Positions 15,101 through 23,669 are shown, counted from the stretch's first letter. The stretch is DNA of 32,000 nucleotides from Moraxella nasovis (GCF_022701215.1 NZ_CP089976.1:840001-872000); one strand, 5' to 3'. Notes: generated by a model from the sequence alone, not told the origin. A program made the numbers and translations.

Positions 15101-15840
15101 GTCATAGGCATTTTAGCTGCCTTTTCGCTTAGGTTGTCTGTTGCCCCTGCCATAGCGTTATAAAGCACATCAGCGGTAATTTTACCTTTTTTTGCCAAAT
15201 CATTTAGCTCGCCTGTGGTAACTTTTAAATGCTTGGCTAAAATGTTCATAATCTCAGGTGCTTGTTCAGCCACCGAGTTAAATTCATCACCACGCAATGT
15301 CCCACTTGCTAAGGCTTGCCCTAGCTGGCGTATTGCTGCTGCTTGACCTTCTGCCGAACCGCCACCTACTCTCATAGCAAGCGTTAAGTTTTTGGTAAAA
15401 TGGATTACTTCATCTTGGCTTTTACCAAGCTGGCTTAACGCCCTAGTGTTTGCTGTGTATAGCTCACCCACCGCTTGCATTGATGTGCCGTTAGCGTTAG
15501 CAATTTCACGCACCGATTGAAATGCTTTGTTATATTCATCTGTGCTATTTGTGGCAATACGGATTTGACTGGTTAATGTAGTCATCGCGTCAGCTGTATT
15601 TGTAATGTTACTTGCCACACCGATTGATAAATAGCCAACCACCGCTGTTTTTAACAATCCATAGGCTTTTGATAAGCCACCTGCTTGCTTACTTGCTTCT
15701 TTTGAGTGTTTGGCAACGTCATCAATGCCTTTGCCTGCTTGATGCGTCGTTTTATCAACGTCTTTTAATGCTTGTTGCAGTTTTGTTAATTGGTCTGCAT
15801 TTTTCACATCAATGGTGATGCTCATGCGTGTATCTGACAT
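12154..15840 (-). CDS. Tail tape measure protein (1228 aa)
   Basis: N-terminal tape-measure motif (LRGDEFNSVAEQAPEI), a long Ala/Ile/Gly-rich helical repeat core, and position after G/GT. Confidence 0.93.
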   Translation of the reverse strand: MSDTRMSITIDVKNADQLTKLQQALKDVDKTTHQAGKGIDDVAKHSKEASKQAGGLSKAYGLLKTAVVGYLSIGVASNITNTADAMTTLTSQIRIATNSTDEYNKAFQSVREIANANGTSMQAVGELYTANTRALSQLGKSQDEVIHFTKNLTLAMRVGGGSAEGQAAAIRQLGQALASGTLRGDEFNSVAEQAPEIMNILAKHLKVTTGELNDLAKKGKITADVLYNAMAGATDNLSEKAAKMPMTIAQARQVVENEWGVMVETFVNQTGITDTLAKIVISIAQLIPKITETVKEFLAMPSVLTVVQTGTQLLSDAWDLLKQAFDVIMPIVGDVVAKIIELEPYLTPIAAGVASAAAAFKAWNFALGIYNGIVALSASVTTAFAGALAFITSPIGIAVLAIGALVAAGVALYKNWDTVKAKAVELWNALPQMASNAWHGIQSAFADVGAVIGGVWDTIKKAITTKIDEIKQVFFAWLSGMPAPVQEMVTNVISIFSGIATLASAIWSGITTVAQAVFVAVVGIWQGLKSAVAGAWQSIVSIAADVWHNVKLAVASTINAIKPVITSIASFFSSAWNVLVAITQSIWNGIKAVVSAAMNGIKAVFTAGLTVFASIFNAGFNSIKNAFTTAFNVIKALVQGDMDGVKKAIFDGLKNAYAIIQTMLGNIATAFLGLGSKLLQAGRDAIQGFINGIKEKFNTAISTAKNLADSVVTSVKSTLIIRSPSRVMKALGKHTADGFALGIRNNASKAAKAAQKMAEDAKKAVADAVDSIQREIALFGNDSRVDALQYDIKAGKYGNADTTKLSKLTQEYEQIQKNAKADERRQNALNRVIELENAIKKVGMDKWQLLQFELDTLEEYKDVSDEIKQNIINTSKALDEHKLNDTVSQEVAKINSELSKNQYILANITDKYASLKWDSKLKGYTDAQVDSIVMATKQADAFADFVQSQQAIQDALANNTNVYQGTIDKLKGALGAPNSTIGGIANIATSVFDNYSVSKQLDEKHQAELDKIKAQEDAKTITEYEAQQARLEQMQQYEMARQQIKERSEQSLLGTITGAAKAMFGEGSRAYKALFAFEKAMALKRILVANQTTLAQAWASAPFPANLGAVAVAAAKSGALVAALNAISAPVGQAHDGIMSVPKSGTWNLEKGERVLPKHTAQNLDRTLNNLQGGGTVVNVNVTVNSDGTSDTKTSHELGKGFGNAIKLAVQTELQKQRRQGGLLHGTL

Positions 15841-15841
15841 T

Positions 15842-16560
15842 TTATCCCCTTACAATCTCATCTAATGCAAAAACAATATCATCAATCAGCCATCTTGCCA
15901 TGTTCACATGATACACCGCGAGTACATGGCTAACATCGCTAACCGATAGCGGTAAGGGCGTACCTTCTGCATAACGTCTTTCACGGCAAGCCATCACAAA
16001 TACATGGATAATATCATCAAGTAAAGCACTACCCAAAACCTCATTAGGCAAGGGTAGGTTTAACCTTTGATAAATCTCAATCCGCTTTGGGCTTAATTCT
16101 GACTTTGTTTTTTGCCAGTTGTAGTACTCGATGGCTTTTTTTTCATGCTTTGCACCTGCTCACTATATTCATGCCCCATCTCGGTAAAGGTGTCAAATAG
16201 CGTGTCTAACAATTCAGGCAAGCCATCACTGATATTTGCTAAGACAATAAGCAGGTTATCACCGCTAGGCTCTAAAGGCTCACCGTTTACATCTACATTC
16301 CATGATTTAATGTTGTATTCACCGATAACCATTAGTAAAGCTTCATTAGTTGTAATATCGGTTTGGTTAGCACGCTTTAAATCATCTTTTTTAATCTTGG
16401 TGTCATTCAATAAGGTTTGTACCTTAGATAAAGCCCTTTCAAAGGCGGTGTCTTGTTTGACAACAAGCTCAAGCTGTAAACCGCTTTTGTGCTTAATCGT
16501 GCGTACAACTTCGCCAACAACTTGATTTGGTTTTTTTAAGTCTTTTAAACTAAATGCCAT
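15842..16560 (-). CDS. Tail assembly chaperone fusion (gpGT analogue) made by a programmed -1 frameshift at A_AAA_AAG (16141-16135)
   Basis: The -1 frame is open from the slippery heptamer (..KKAIEYYNWQKTKSELSPKRIEIYQRLNLPLPNEVLG..) through the 69-codon ORF ending at 15842, which has no ATG or SD of its own. Confidence 0.75.
16093..16560 (-). CDS. Tail assembly chaperone, gpG analogue
   Basis: Position between the tail tube and tape measure genes. Ends just after the slippery run ATG AAA AAA AAG. Confidence 0.8.
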   Translation of the reverse strand: MAFSLKDLKKPNQVVGEVVRTIKHKSGLQLELVVKQDTAFERALSKVQTLLNDTKIKKDDLKRANQTDITTNEALLMVIGEYNIKSWNVDVNGEPLEPSGDNLLIVLANISDGLPELLDTLFDTFTEMGHEYSEQVQSMKKKPSSTTTGKKQSQN

Positions 16561-16571
16561 GTGTGTTCTCC

Positions 16572-17492
16572 TTATGCTTGGTGTTTTTCAATAATTGGGC
16601 TTTCTTCAACGACGGTATAGCTAACATCAACAGTAACAAGGTCAGACCCTGATGGGCTTGGAATTTCCCCTGATACTTGCATTTTTGGGATTTTGATGAT
16701 GTATTTATCTGTTTCATTAAATGAAATGGGGATTTCTAGCGATACGGTTGCCCCTGTTAATTGATTGACGATTAAATCATGCGATTTTACGCCATAGGCA
16801 AGCGTTAAACTGCCTGAAATATTAGCAAGCATAGCGACGATATTACCGCCATAAATGTTATCGCCTAAGCACTTTTGTACTTCTGCCCCATTGTCAATCT
16901 CAAAACTAAAGCTTTCAACACAAATACCAATATCAGCACCATCTTTTTTGATTGTACCGATGGATAAACCGCTTGCAGGTTTGCCTACAGTAGCAGTAGC
17001 AGGGCTTTTGGCAAATGATGTCTCTTTGCTATGCTGATAGCCTTGCCCCATCACCCCAAAATTAGCTTTGATAAGATTATCAGTCGTAATGTCAATTTTT
17101 AGGCTATTGATAACACAGCCTGTAAAGACGTGGTTTACGTTAATATCGCTAAAGTCTTTTGATATGGCAAACATCTTTTTAGTATCACCAATGCTAAGCT
17201 TTTTTAACTTAGTATTTCTTGCGTCTGCTTGCCATTCATTAAAAAATGCCGCTTCTAATAGCTCATCATAGACGCCATATTGTAATTCGGTTTCTATCTC
17301 GCCTGCTACTTCACCGCCTGTTACCATGCCTGCCGATTTAATCCGTGAACCTGATAACATTTCGCTATCAGTTAGTGTGTTATTAACCGATAAGCCGTTT
17401 TTGATATTTGGCAAGATTTTCCAGCCTGTAGTTGGCACGGTTTTTGTGGTCTGCTTGGCATACGCTGTTACTACTTTTGCACCGCTTGACAT
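16572..17492 (-). CDS. Major tail (tube) protein
   Basis: 306 aa, directly upstream of the G/GT chaperones and preceded by a terminator/strong-expression context. Assigned by position. Confidence 0.7.
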   Translation of the reverse strand: MSSGAKVVTAYAKQTTKTVPTTGWKILPNIKNGLSVNNTLTDSEMLSGSRIKSAGMVTGGEVAGEIETELQYGVYDELLEAAFFNEWQADARNTKLKKLSIGDTKKMFAISKDFSDINVNHVFTGCVINSLKIDITTDNLIKANFGVMGQGYQHSKETSFAKSPATATVGKPASGLSIGTIKKDGADIGICVESFSFEIDNGAEVQKCLGDNIYGGNIVAMLANISGSLTLAYGVKSHDLIVNQLTGATVSLEIPISFNETDKYIIKIPKMQVSGEIPSPSGSDLVTVDVSYTVVEESPIIEKHQA

Positions 17493-17503
17493 AAATTTAC
17501 TCC

Positions 17504-17539
17504 AAAAAAAAAGCCCTAATGGGCGATTGCTAAGGGCTT
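17504..17539 (-). terminator. Intrinsic terminator upstream of the major tail gene
   Basis: Minus strand GCCCATTAGGGC (or the longer AAGCCCT..AGGGCTT stem) followed by a run of nine T. Confidence 0.6.
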
Positions 17540-17660
17540 AACCAAAATGCACTAATGCAATGTTGGTAATTACCCATACTACTTTTAAAAACGCTATCAT
17601 TAGCACAATGTGCCAAAAGAATTTAATAAAATTGTCAGGCTTTAAATTGATAGATTGCAT
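17538..17660 (-). CDS. 40-aa single-TM mini-ORF MQSINLKPDNFIKFFWHIVLMIAFLKVVWVITNIALVHFG
   Basis: Occupies an otherwise empty 200-bp gap. Weak AGGG SD. Resembles the second mini-ORF at 23496-23669. Confidence 0.35.
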   Translation of the reverse strand: MQSINLKPDNFIKFFWHIVLMIAFLKVVWVITNIALVHFG

Positions 17661-17692
17661 ACTAAACCCTAGAATTTTAATCAAAAATTTGC

Positions 17693-18076
17693 TTACTTAT
17701 ACCGATAAGGCACTCTCACATTAACTTGCCACCAGTCGTTATCACTACCGACTATAACCACCGATGGCGTTAATAATTCTAAGTTTTCATCAGTATAATA
17801 CGCCAAATGATTAGCGATGGTGTCTGCTTGTTCTACTGCTCTTTTTTCGCCAATATTTTGCCTTGTAAATACTTGCACCACCACCGCCCCTATCTCACGG
17901 CTCATAGGCTTATCTGCCATACCGCTCATGATAGCCCCTGCACTTTGTAGGCTTAATCTATGCCATATATCGGTAGGCACATAGTTATGATTGCCTGTAA
18001 CCCATGCCTTAGGATTGTAATTTGGCATAGTAGCGATACGTTTGGCGATTAGTTTTTGTATGGTTGTGATGTTCAT
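17693..18076 (-). CDS. Tail terminator / tail completion protein (gpU analogue)
   Basis: 127 aa, last neck gene before the tail tube gene. Ends ..WWQVNVRVPYRYK, typical of this family. Mainly positional. Confidence 0.55.
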   Translation of the reverse strand: MNITTIQKLIAKRIATMPNYNPKAWVTGNHNYVPTDIWHRLSLQSAGAIMSGMADKPMSREIGAVVVQVFTRQNIGEKRAVEQADTIANHLAYYTDENLELLTPSVVIVGSDNDWWQVNVRVPYRYK

Positions 18077-19023
18077 ATCATTGCCCTAATCTCATCAAGT
18101 GTTCTAGGCTTAAAGTTTTTATCTAGCTGTAAATCGCTAAACTGTTTGGGTGATAAACCGCCATCACGAAATAACTTAGCACGTTCTTTACCTAGCACAA
18201 AATCTTGAAACTTATCATCTTGCGTGGCAAGCCATTCATAATAGGTTTGGTTTTGAACTACTCCGTGCATACTTGCACGAGTTTTTACATCTTTGCCATT
18301 CCATAAAATGTAGCTTGTACGGCAATTAACATGATAAGGCGGTTTTTGTGATAAAGGTAAGATTTGCCCATCAAGACTACGGCAAATGCTACTTGTGCGA
18401 CCGTCTAAGGTTGCTACTACTTTAATCTCATCAATACCCAGCTCTTTGGCAAGCTCTCCCCTAGCTTGTGACGCTTCATGCTGTACAACAGTTCTTACAA
18501 TGGCATTGGCATGGCGTTTGGTTACGTTGGTAATACCATCTTGATACCGCCTTGCTTTTGTACCTAATATGATTTGGCGTATTTGGCTGTTGGTTTTACC
18601 TTGATGACGGGCAAGCCGTATGGCGTTTATTATTCTTTGACTTTCGTTTGTCTCAAAGCTTTTTAATACTTCTGTTACCAAAGCACCCCCAAAGCTTGCC
18701 ATGGGTGTATCTTTTAGGGCAAGTGTGCCTATGCTTACCCCTAAATATTTACTTTCTGCGGTGTAGGCATAATCTGCAATGGCTTGGCTTGACTCATAAA
18801 AGGCTTTTGTTAGCAATACCATCTCATCTTTTAGCTCATCTTCCAAATCATTTAAAATAAGGGCAAATTTTCTTGGACTAATGTCTGTTAATTCATCAGT
18901 TGCTAATGTTTTTTGTACTGCTTTATCAATTAGGCTTAATGCCTTGATGAATTCTTTGACTTCATGGGCTTTTAGGCTTTCTAAATAAATCTGCATTCGG
19001 TTGATAAAACTGTTATAGTCCAT
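18073..19023 (-). CDS. Head morphogenesis protein, Mu gpF / SPP1 gp7 family
   Basis: ATLDGRTSSICRSLDGQILPL...PPYHVNCRTS matches the MuF signature (LD.rT..C..l.G....PP.H.nCR). Confidence 0.8.
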   Translation of the reverse strand: MDYNSFINRMQIYLESLKAHEVKEFIKALSLIDKAVQKTLATDELTDISPRKFALILNDLEDELKDEMVLLTKAFYESSQAIADYAYTAESKYLGVSIGTLALKDTPMASFGGALVTEVLKSFETNESQRIINAIRLARHQGKTNSQIRQIILGTKARRYQDGITNVTKRHANAIVRTVVQHEASQARGELAKELGIDEIKVVATLDGRTSSICRSLDGQILPLSQKPPYHVNCRTSYILWNGKDVKTRASMHGVVQNQTYYEWLATQDDKFQDFVLGKERAKLFRDGGLSPKQFSDLQLDKNFKPRTLDEIRAMI

Positions 19024-19372
19024 TTGACACCTGTTGCATTGATAAGGCGTATATGCCCTTTGGGGCTTGCTTTGACCAGCCGTGTTCTAGGCGGTAAGCA
19101 TAGGGCAAATTATTTTGAATAATAATCGGTAAAAACTTTTTACTGTTATAAAATCCTTTGGCATAAAGCCTTACTGTATTGCTATTGTTTACACTAAAAT
19201 CTTGACTGTTTACGGTCATAATATGATTAGCACGATAACGACCGCTATCCACAGGGGAATTGGCGATAATGGCGTTATAAAGCTCTAATGCTAAGTTTTC
19301 ATAATCACTTAGCACTTGTTTTTTGCTCTCGGTAAACATCTCATCAAGTGGGACTGTCCATGTAATACTCAT
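19013..19372 (-). CDS. Neck protein, HK97 gp10-like
   Basis: SPVDSGRYRANH resembles the gp10-family tPVDTGrLr motif. Position in the neck module. Confidence 0.55.
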   Translation of the reverse strand: MSITWTVPLDEMFTESKKQVLSDYENLALELYNAIIANSPVDSGRYRANHIMTVNSQDFSVNNSNTVRLYAKGFYNSKKFLPIIIQNNLPYAYRLEHGWSKQAPKGIYALSMQQVSNGL

Positions 19373-19743
19373 ATCGCCCTTAATTGTATTGTATAGCTGA
19401 CATCAGCAGGGTCTTTATTGATGGCAATAATGCGATACTTGTTATCATCGTTTATTATCACATCATCAACAGCAGGCGTGTCAGACACTTCTGTTTGTAG
19501 GCAAATTAGCCTTGTATCTGTTGCCAAAATGCTATTGCCATCAACTTCATGGGCGTTAAAGCCACCGAACACGCCACGTCCATCATAATAGCTTGTTCTT
19601 GTTTTATCATCATCGCCTAACCAATCGCCTAAGCCATCAATACGCCCATCTTTATGTTCGCCATCAAAATACTTTACAGCGTCATTTAAATCCGTATCAA
19701 AAGCATTGGCAATATCAGCACTAATTTCACTATTTAGCCCCAT
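19369..19743 (-). CDS. Head closure / head-tail joining protein (putative)
   Basis: 124 aa, translationally coupled within the neck module. Assigned by position only. Confidence 0.45.
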   Translation of the reverse strand: MGLNSEISADIANAFDTDLNDAVKYFDGEHKDGRIDGLGDWLGDDDKTRTSYYDGRGVFGGFNAHEVDGNSILATDTRLICLQTEVSDTPAVDDVIINDDNKYRIIAINKDPADVSYTIQLRAI

Positions 19744-19744
19744 A

Positions 19745-20116
19745 TTAGCCCCTTGTTACTGGCAAACTTAAAAACCCTGCATTTTTAACGATATACGGCT
19801 CAATTAAAGCAAGGGCTATCATCTCATGTTGCCCCATCGCCTGACCGTCTGCCCCACCAGCATAGCTTTTTGAGACAGATACCTCGCCTGCCTTTGATGA
19901 TTTAGATACGACGACGCCTTCATCACGCCCAGCTAATAGCTCACCTTTGATAAAGGCTTGTGCTAATTCCACGCCTGCTTGTTTGATAGGCTCTGGCACT
20001 TCATCGCCTGTAAATCGCACACCCTTATTTTTTAAATAGGCATTTATAATCAATAAAATGCGTGGTTTGTCATCATGTTCAATCGGTAAATCAGTTAGCA
20101 TTTTTTTTACCACCAT
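19745..20116 (-). CDS. Head-tail connector protein (putative); the start may be the internal ATG at 20101
   Basis: First gene after the capsid-module terminator. Assigned by position only. Confidence 0.45.
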   Translation of the reverse strand: MVVKKMLTDLPIEHDDKPRILLIINAYLKNKGVRFTGDEVPEPIKQAGVELAQAFIKGELLAGRDEGVVVSKSSKAGEVSVSKSYAGGADGQAMGQHEMIALALIEPYIVKNAGFLSLPVTRG

Positions 20117-20184
20117 TTATTTGATATTCATCATAGATTTTGTTAAAATCCTTATTGTTAAGCATTGTACAAATATCTTGTATT

Positions 20185-20219
20185 AAAAAACCCCAAAGAT
20201 TGCCGTCTTTGGGGTTTTT
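20185..20219. terminator. Strong intrinsic terminator after the capsid module
   Basis: AAAAAA-CCCCAAAGA-TTGCCG-TCTTTGGGG-TTTTT. Confidence 0.8.
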
Positions 20220-20222
20220 GCT

Positions 20223-20429
20223 TTAAGCTCCTACCTTGCCTGTTTCAGACTTACCGCCTGTTACTTCTTCGGTAACCTGCGGGTCTTTTATGCCGTAATC
20301 TACACCGCTTTTGGTAGTGTCGGTAACGGTGGCATTAGTAATACTTGCTTTACTGTCATCAAAATAATCTTTTTCTGATGGGTAAGTAAAGTTATAGGCA
20401 GGTTTTACTTTATCTTTTGGCAATCCCAT
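20223..20429 (-). CDS. Small hypothetical protein downstream of the major capsid gene (possible head accessory/decoration protein)
   Basis: 68-aa ORF with a GGAG-type SD (taaggagtaacatATG). Function unknown. Confidence 0.5.
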   Translation of the reverse strand: MGLPKDKVKPAYNFTYPSEKDYFDDSKASITNATVTDTTKSGVDYGIKDPQVTEEVTGGKSETGKVGA

Positions 20430-20439
20430 ATGTTACTCC

Positions 20440-21456
20440 TTAAAGGTTGGTGATTAAAAAGCGGATAGGCGTTTGTTCTACGCTTGCATCTAATCGCCAG
20501 TTAGCCGCTGCGGTCAAATCCGTCCAACTTGCTGATAAAGCTTCGTTTTTCGTACCGCCCGTTAATTGGTTGTCTTCGGCGATAAAGCTAAACCCTTGTG
20601 GGTGTATAAGCATATTGCGACGTGTCCATAGCGTGGTATGACCTGCACCGTTACCTGTGTTGGCTGTACGTTCAAGCTCTAAATCATCAAGCCCTGTTAC
20701 CATGTCAGCGGCAAACGCCCCACGACCTAGCAAGTAAGAGACATATTTAGCATTTTTGCCTGTGCCTAGTACTGTGCCTTTGGTGCTTTGCACGATAGTA
20801 CGACCGTTGTAAGTTTCCACAGGCGTTAGATTGTCTGATGTCGTTACACGTTCAACTAACTTTTGCTTACGCATTTTGGTGGCAATAAGTGGGTGTACTA
20901 CCATCACGCCTTGTCCTTGATACGCCTCATCAAGCGAGCCGTCTGCGTCAATAAAGGCGTTCACATCAAAACCGCTTGTCTCATCAGCGGTTGCTTTTGA
21001 AATATCAAAAGATAGTTTTTTACCGTTGGCTTGGTCATAATTTAACAGACCAAACAAGGTAGCAATCGCACGGTTTTCCGCTTGCGTTCGCCAAAAGTTA
21101 TCAATCATTTGGGCAATCATTTGTAGCGGTGATTGACCTGTTAGATAGCTTTCTAATCGGCTTTCAATAAAGCCTTCGTTTAAGAACGCCACACGCCCTT
21201 TTGATTTAGACCCTTCAATGGTGCGTGGCATGGCAATATCAGTCATAATCGTATTGCCGTAGTTTGCCTCAAGGTTGCCGTCAATTGGGTGGATAAAAGG
21301 CACTTCAAAGGTTTTTGAGCCACTTGTTAAAAGTGGGCGCAGGCGTGAGTCAGAGACAAACGCCCCTGATTGATAAAATTTTGAACGCTCTAAATTGTCT
21401 TTGACTTGATAAGACAAGGTTACGTTTTTATTAAAAAGTTCTCGTAAATTTGCCAT
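20440..21456 (-). CDS. Major capsid protein
   Basis: 338 aa, immediately after the scaffold gene and followed by a strong terminator. Assigned by position and size. Confidence 0.8.
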   Translation of the reverse strand: MANLRELFNKNVTLSYQVKDNLERSKFYQSGAFVSDSRLRPLLTSGSKTFEVPFIHPIDGNLEANYGNTIMTDIAMPRTIEGSKSKGRVAFLNEGFIESRLESYLTGQSPLQMIAQMIDNFWRTQAENRAIATLFGLLNYDQANGKKLSFDISKATADETSGFDVNAFIDADGSLDEAYQGQGVMVVHPLIATKMRKQKLVERVTTSDNLTPVETYNGRTIVQSTKGTVLGTGKNAKYVSYLLGRGAFAADMVTGLDDLELERTANTGNGAGHTTLWTRRNMLIHPQGFSFIAEDNQLTGGTKNEALSASWTDLTAAANWRLDASVEQTPIRFLITNL

Positions 21457-21459
21457 GTA

Positions 21460-22101
21460 TTAAACTCCAAATAATTGATGAAATAAAGCAGGGTTGTTAT
21501 TCGCTAATGTAATACGTTCGCTTTCGCTATAATCGCTTGCTTGCTTTGCACTTGTGCCTGTTGAACCTGTGCCTGATGCACGAACGCCCACAATTAAGCT
21601 GTCATACTTACCACTGCCCTTTAATTCATTTGCCAAATCGTCAAGCGTGCTTATTGTGATAGCACCGCCATCATCTAATACTTTGACTTGACCGTCTTTG
21701 GCTGATAATCTTTTTTCAATAACCATCTGCAAGATGGCTTGATTATTCGGATTATCCGATAGGCTACTAGCCAACTTCTCAGCGTGCGACTTTACTAAGT
21801 CTAAATCACGCTGTTTGTTTTGTTCATTGATTGTATTTTCAAGCTCGCTAATTCTTTGCTTGTATTGACTTTCTAGCGTCTCAAAATCGCCTTTTTTACG
21901 TGCAGTTTCTTCAGCTAGGCGGTCTTTTTCCGCTTGTTCAGCTTTACGCTTTTCTTGTTCGGCTTTTTTTTCTGCCAAGAGCGTCTCGCTATGTTTACGC
22001 AATTTTTCAACTTCTAATTTTAAGGCGTTGTAATCGTCTTGTGTAAATTCTTGCTTGCTAGCTTGTTCTTGGTTAGCTTGTTCGTTTGTTTGTTCAGTCA
22101 T
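21460..22101 (-). CDS. Scaffolding protein
   Basis: Highly charged coiled-coil sequence (EKKAEQEKRKAEQAEKDRLAEE..) between the portal and capsid genes. Confidence 0.7.
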   Translation of the reverse strand: MTEQTNEQANQEQASKQEFTQDDYNALKLEVEKLRKHSETLLAEKKAEQEKRKAEQAEKDRLAEETARKKGDFETLESQYKQRISELENTINEQNKQRDLDLVKSHAEKLASSLSDNPNNQAILQMVIEKRLSAKDGQVKVLDDGGAITISTLDDLANELKGSGKYDSLIVGVRASGTGSTGTSAKQASDYSESERITLANNNPALFHQLFGV

Positions 22102-23494
22102 AATCTGCTCCGTTTAATGGGTTATCGTTTTCAATTTGCGTTTTTGCTTGCTTAGCGTCTTCAATAAATGCAATCTCATCATCAACAAGTCTTGCACGGT
22201 ATTCGTCCCAAGTAATTGCACCGCCTTGCCATTCTGCAATAAGTTGCGCCCGTTCTTGTGCGGTCATTTTAGCGGTGTTAAATTTGGTGTTAAAAGTAAC
22301 TACGCATTCATGATTAGCCCCTAAAAGTTTTGCACAAAAATTAAAAGCACGGCTATAAGCGTCTGATAAGTTGTTAGCTAAATGGGCAAGCTGTGATGTC
22401 TTTTCTGCCATTTCAGCCCCTGCTTGTGTGGCTGTTTTGACACTGCTATCAGTGTCTATTAGCCTAGCCCCTAAGCCTACCATCAGCTCTTTTTTATCCG
22501 TCATGGCTTGATATAAGCCACTGTTTGCATTAGCTTGCAATAAAAAGGCATTTGCACCGCTGCCTAATAAATTAGCGGTTCTTGCCCCTAATCTAATCGG
22601 ATTGCCGTTTTTAATCACATCTTGATACCATTCATTGCTAACGCCTGTGATGAATAGGCTTGGCTGTCCTGCGATGAAGTTGCCTTCTTCATAATCTGCA
22701 CTGTTGCGATAATGTGCTAAATTAACGACCGCTAAATCATAAAGCGGTGCATCATCTACGGTCTCATCATTATCATTTGCCCCTATGAAGCTAAACGGTA
22801 TGCTATCGACGTTTTTCATGACACGCCAGCCTTTGCCTGTCCATTTTCCATTTTCTTTTCTAAAAATGTCAAACAAAACTTGTGCTTCATCTTGGCGTAT
22901 CACCAAAATCTGCTCGCCTACTTCGTTTTTGAATAAATCCCCATTTTCTTTAACGTAATTTTCTCTTAACGCTAATAAAGTAAGTACTCTTTTGTTATTG
23001 ATAATTTGGGTACGCCAATTGATGATATTTTCAGGGTCATACAGCTTAATTTTAGGTCTATTACCGCTGTCTTTTGTTGGTAAATAACCTTTCTCATTAA
23101 TTTCATGTAAATCTACCAAAAGACCGCCACGCCCTTTAAGTAATAACATCAAAAAAGCTTGGCGTGCTTGCCCTACTAGCGATAACGCACCGCCATCAAT
23201 GCTGTTTTTTAAGTATTCAAGCTCTTTTGGTATGTCAAGCGTTGGGTACTTAGCGAACACCATACCTGCCATGCCGTTAGCTGTGTGGCGTGTGGCGTTA
23301 TAAAAAACCGCTCTTTTTTGATAATCAATATACCGTTGGCGTTTTACCTCAAACGGCTCATCAATTGGGCTAGGGTTAGGCAGATAAACCTCACCCTTTT
23401 TATTGATGGCGTGTTGTCCTAAGTAGCAATCTTGCACCATCGCCCAAATGGGTATCTTTTCTAATAGCTCTGGTAAAATATAATCAGGGTTCAT
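22094..23494 (-). CDS. Portal protein (DUF4055-type)
   Basis: QRYIDYQKRAVFYNATRHTANGMAGMVFAKYP is typical of this portal family. Start chosen at the ATG at 23494, 1 nt after the stop of the upstream mini-ORF and preceded by GGTGGTGA. Confidence 0.85.
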   Translation of the reverse strand: MNPDYILPELLEKIPIWAMVQDCYLGQHAINKKGEVYLPNPSPIDEPFEVKRQRYIDYQKRAVFYNATRHTANGMAGMVFAKYPTLDIPKELEYLKNSIDGGALSLVGQARQAFLMLLLKGRGGLLVDLHEINEKGYLPTKDSGNRPKIKLYDPENIINWRTQIINNKRVLTLLALRENYVKENGDLFKNEVGEQILVIRQDEAQVLFDIFRKENGKWTGKGWRVMKNVDSIPFSFIGANDNDETVDDAPLYDLAVVNLAHYRNSADYEEGNFIAGQPSLFITGVSNEWYQDVIKNGNPIRLGARTANLLGSGANAFLLQANANSGLYQAMTDKKELMVGLGARLIDTDSSVKTATQAGAEMAEKTSQLAHLANNLSDAYSRAFNFCAKLLGANHECVVTFNTKFNTAKMTAQERAQLIAEWQGGAITWDEYRARLVDDEIAFIEDAKQAKTQIENDNPLNGADYD

Positions 23495-23495
23495 G

Positions 23496-23669
23496 TCACC
23501 ACCATTTAATTGCATTGATATAGTCAGGTAGTTTTACAAAGACAATCAGCACGCAAATCATATATGTGATTTTCCACAACAATTTGCCGATTTTCTCAGG
23601 TGTTACATTGGTGATTTCAATCATAAAAATACCTAGCAATTTTATAAAAAATCGTTTATCATTATTCAT
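23496..23669 (-). CDS. 57-aa (or 42-aa from the internal ATG) single-TM mini-ORF between terL and portal
   Basis: MNNDKRFFIKLLGIFMIEITNVTPEKIGKLLWKITYMICVLIVFVKLPDYINAIKWW. Stop is 1 nt before the portal ATG. Resembles the mini-ORF at 17538-17660. Confidence 0.4.
   Translation of the reverse strand: MNNDKRFFIKLLGIFMIEITNVTPEKIGKLLWKITYMICVLIVFVKLPDYINAIKWW

Noticed and set aside
12362-15818. Multiple 60-140-aa ORFs on both strands inside the tape-measure gene (e.g. 13445-13873, 13937-14299, 14301-14642)
   Set aside because: These are shadow or alternate-frame ORFs created by the biased Ala/Ile/Gly-rich repeat coding sequence. None has an RBS or an independent signature.
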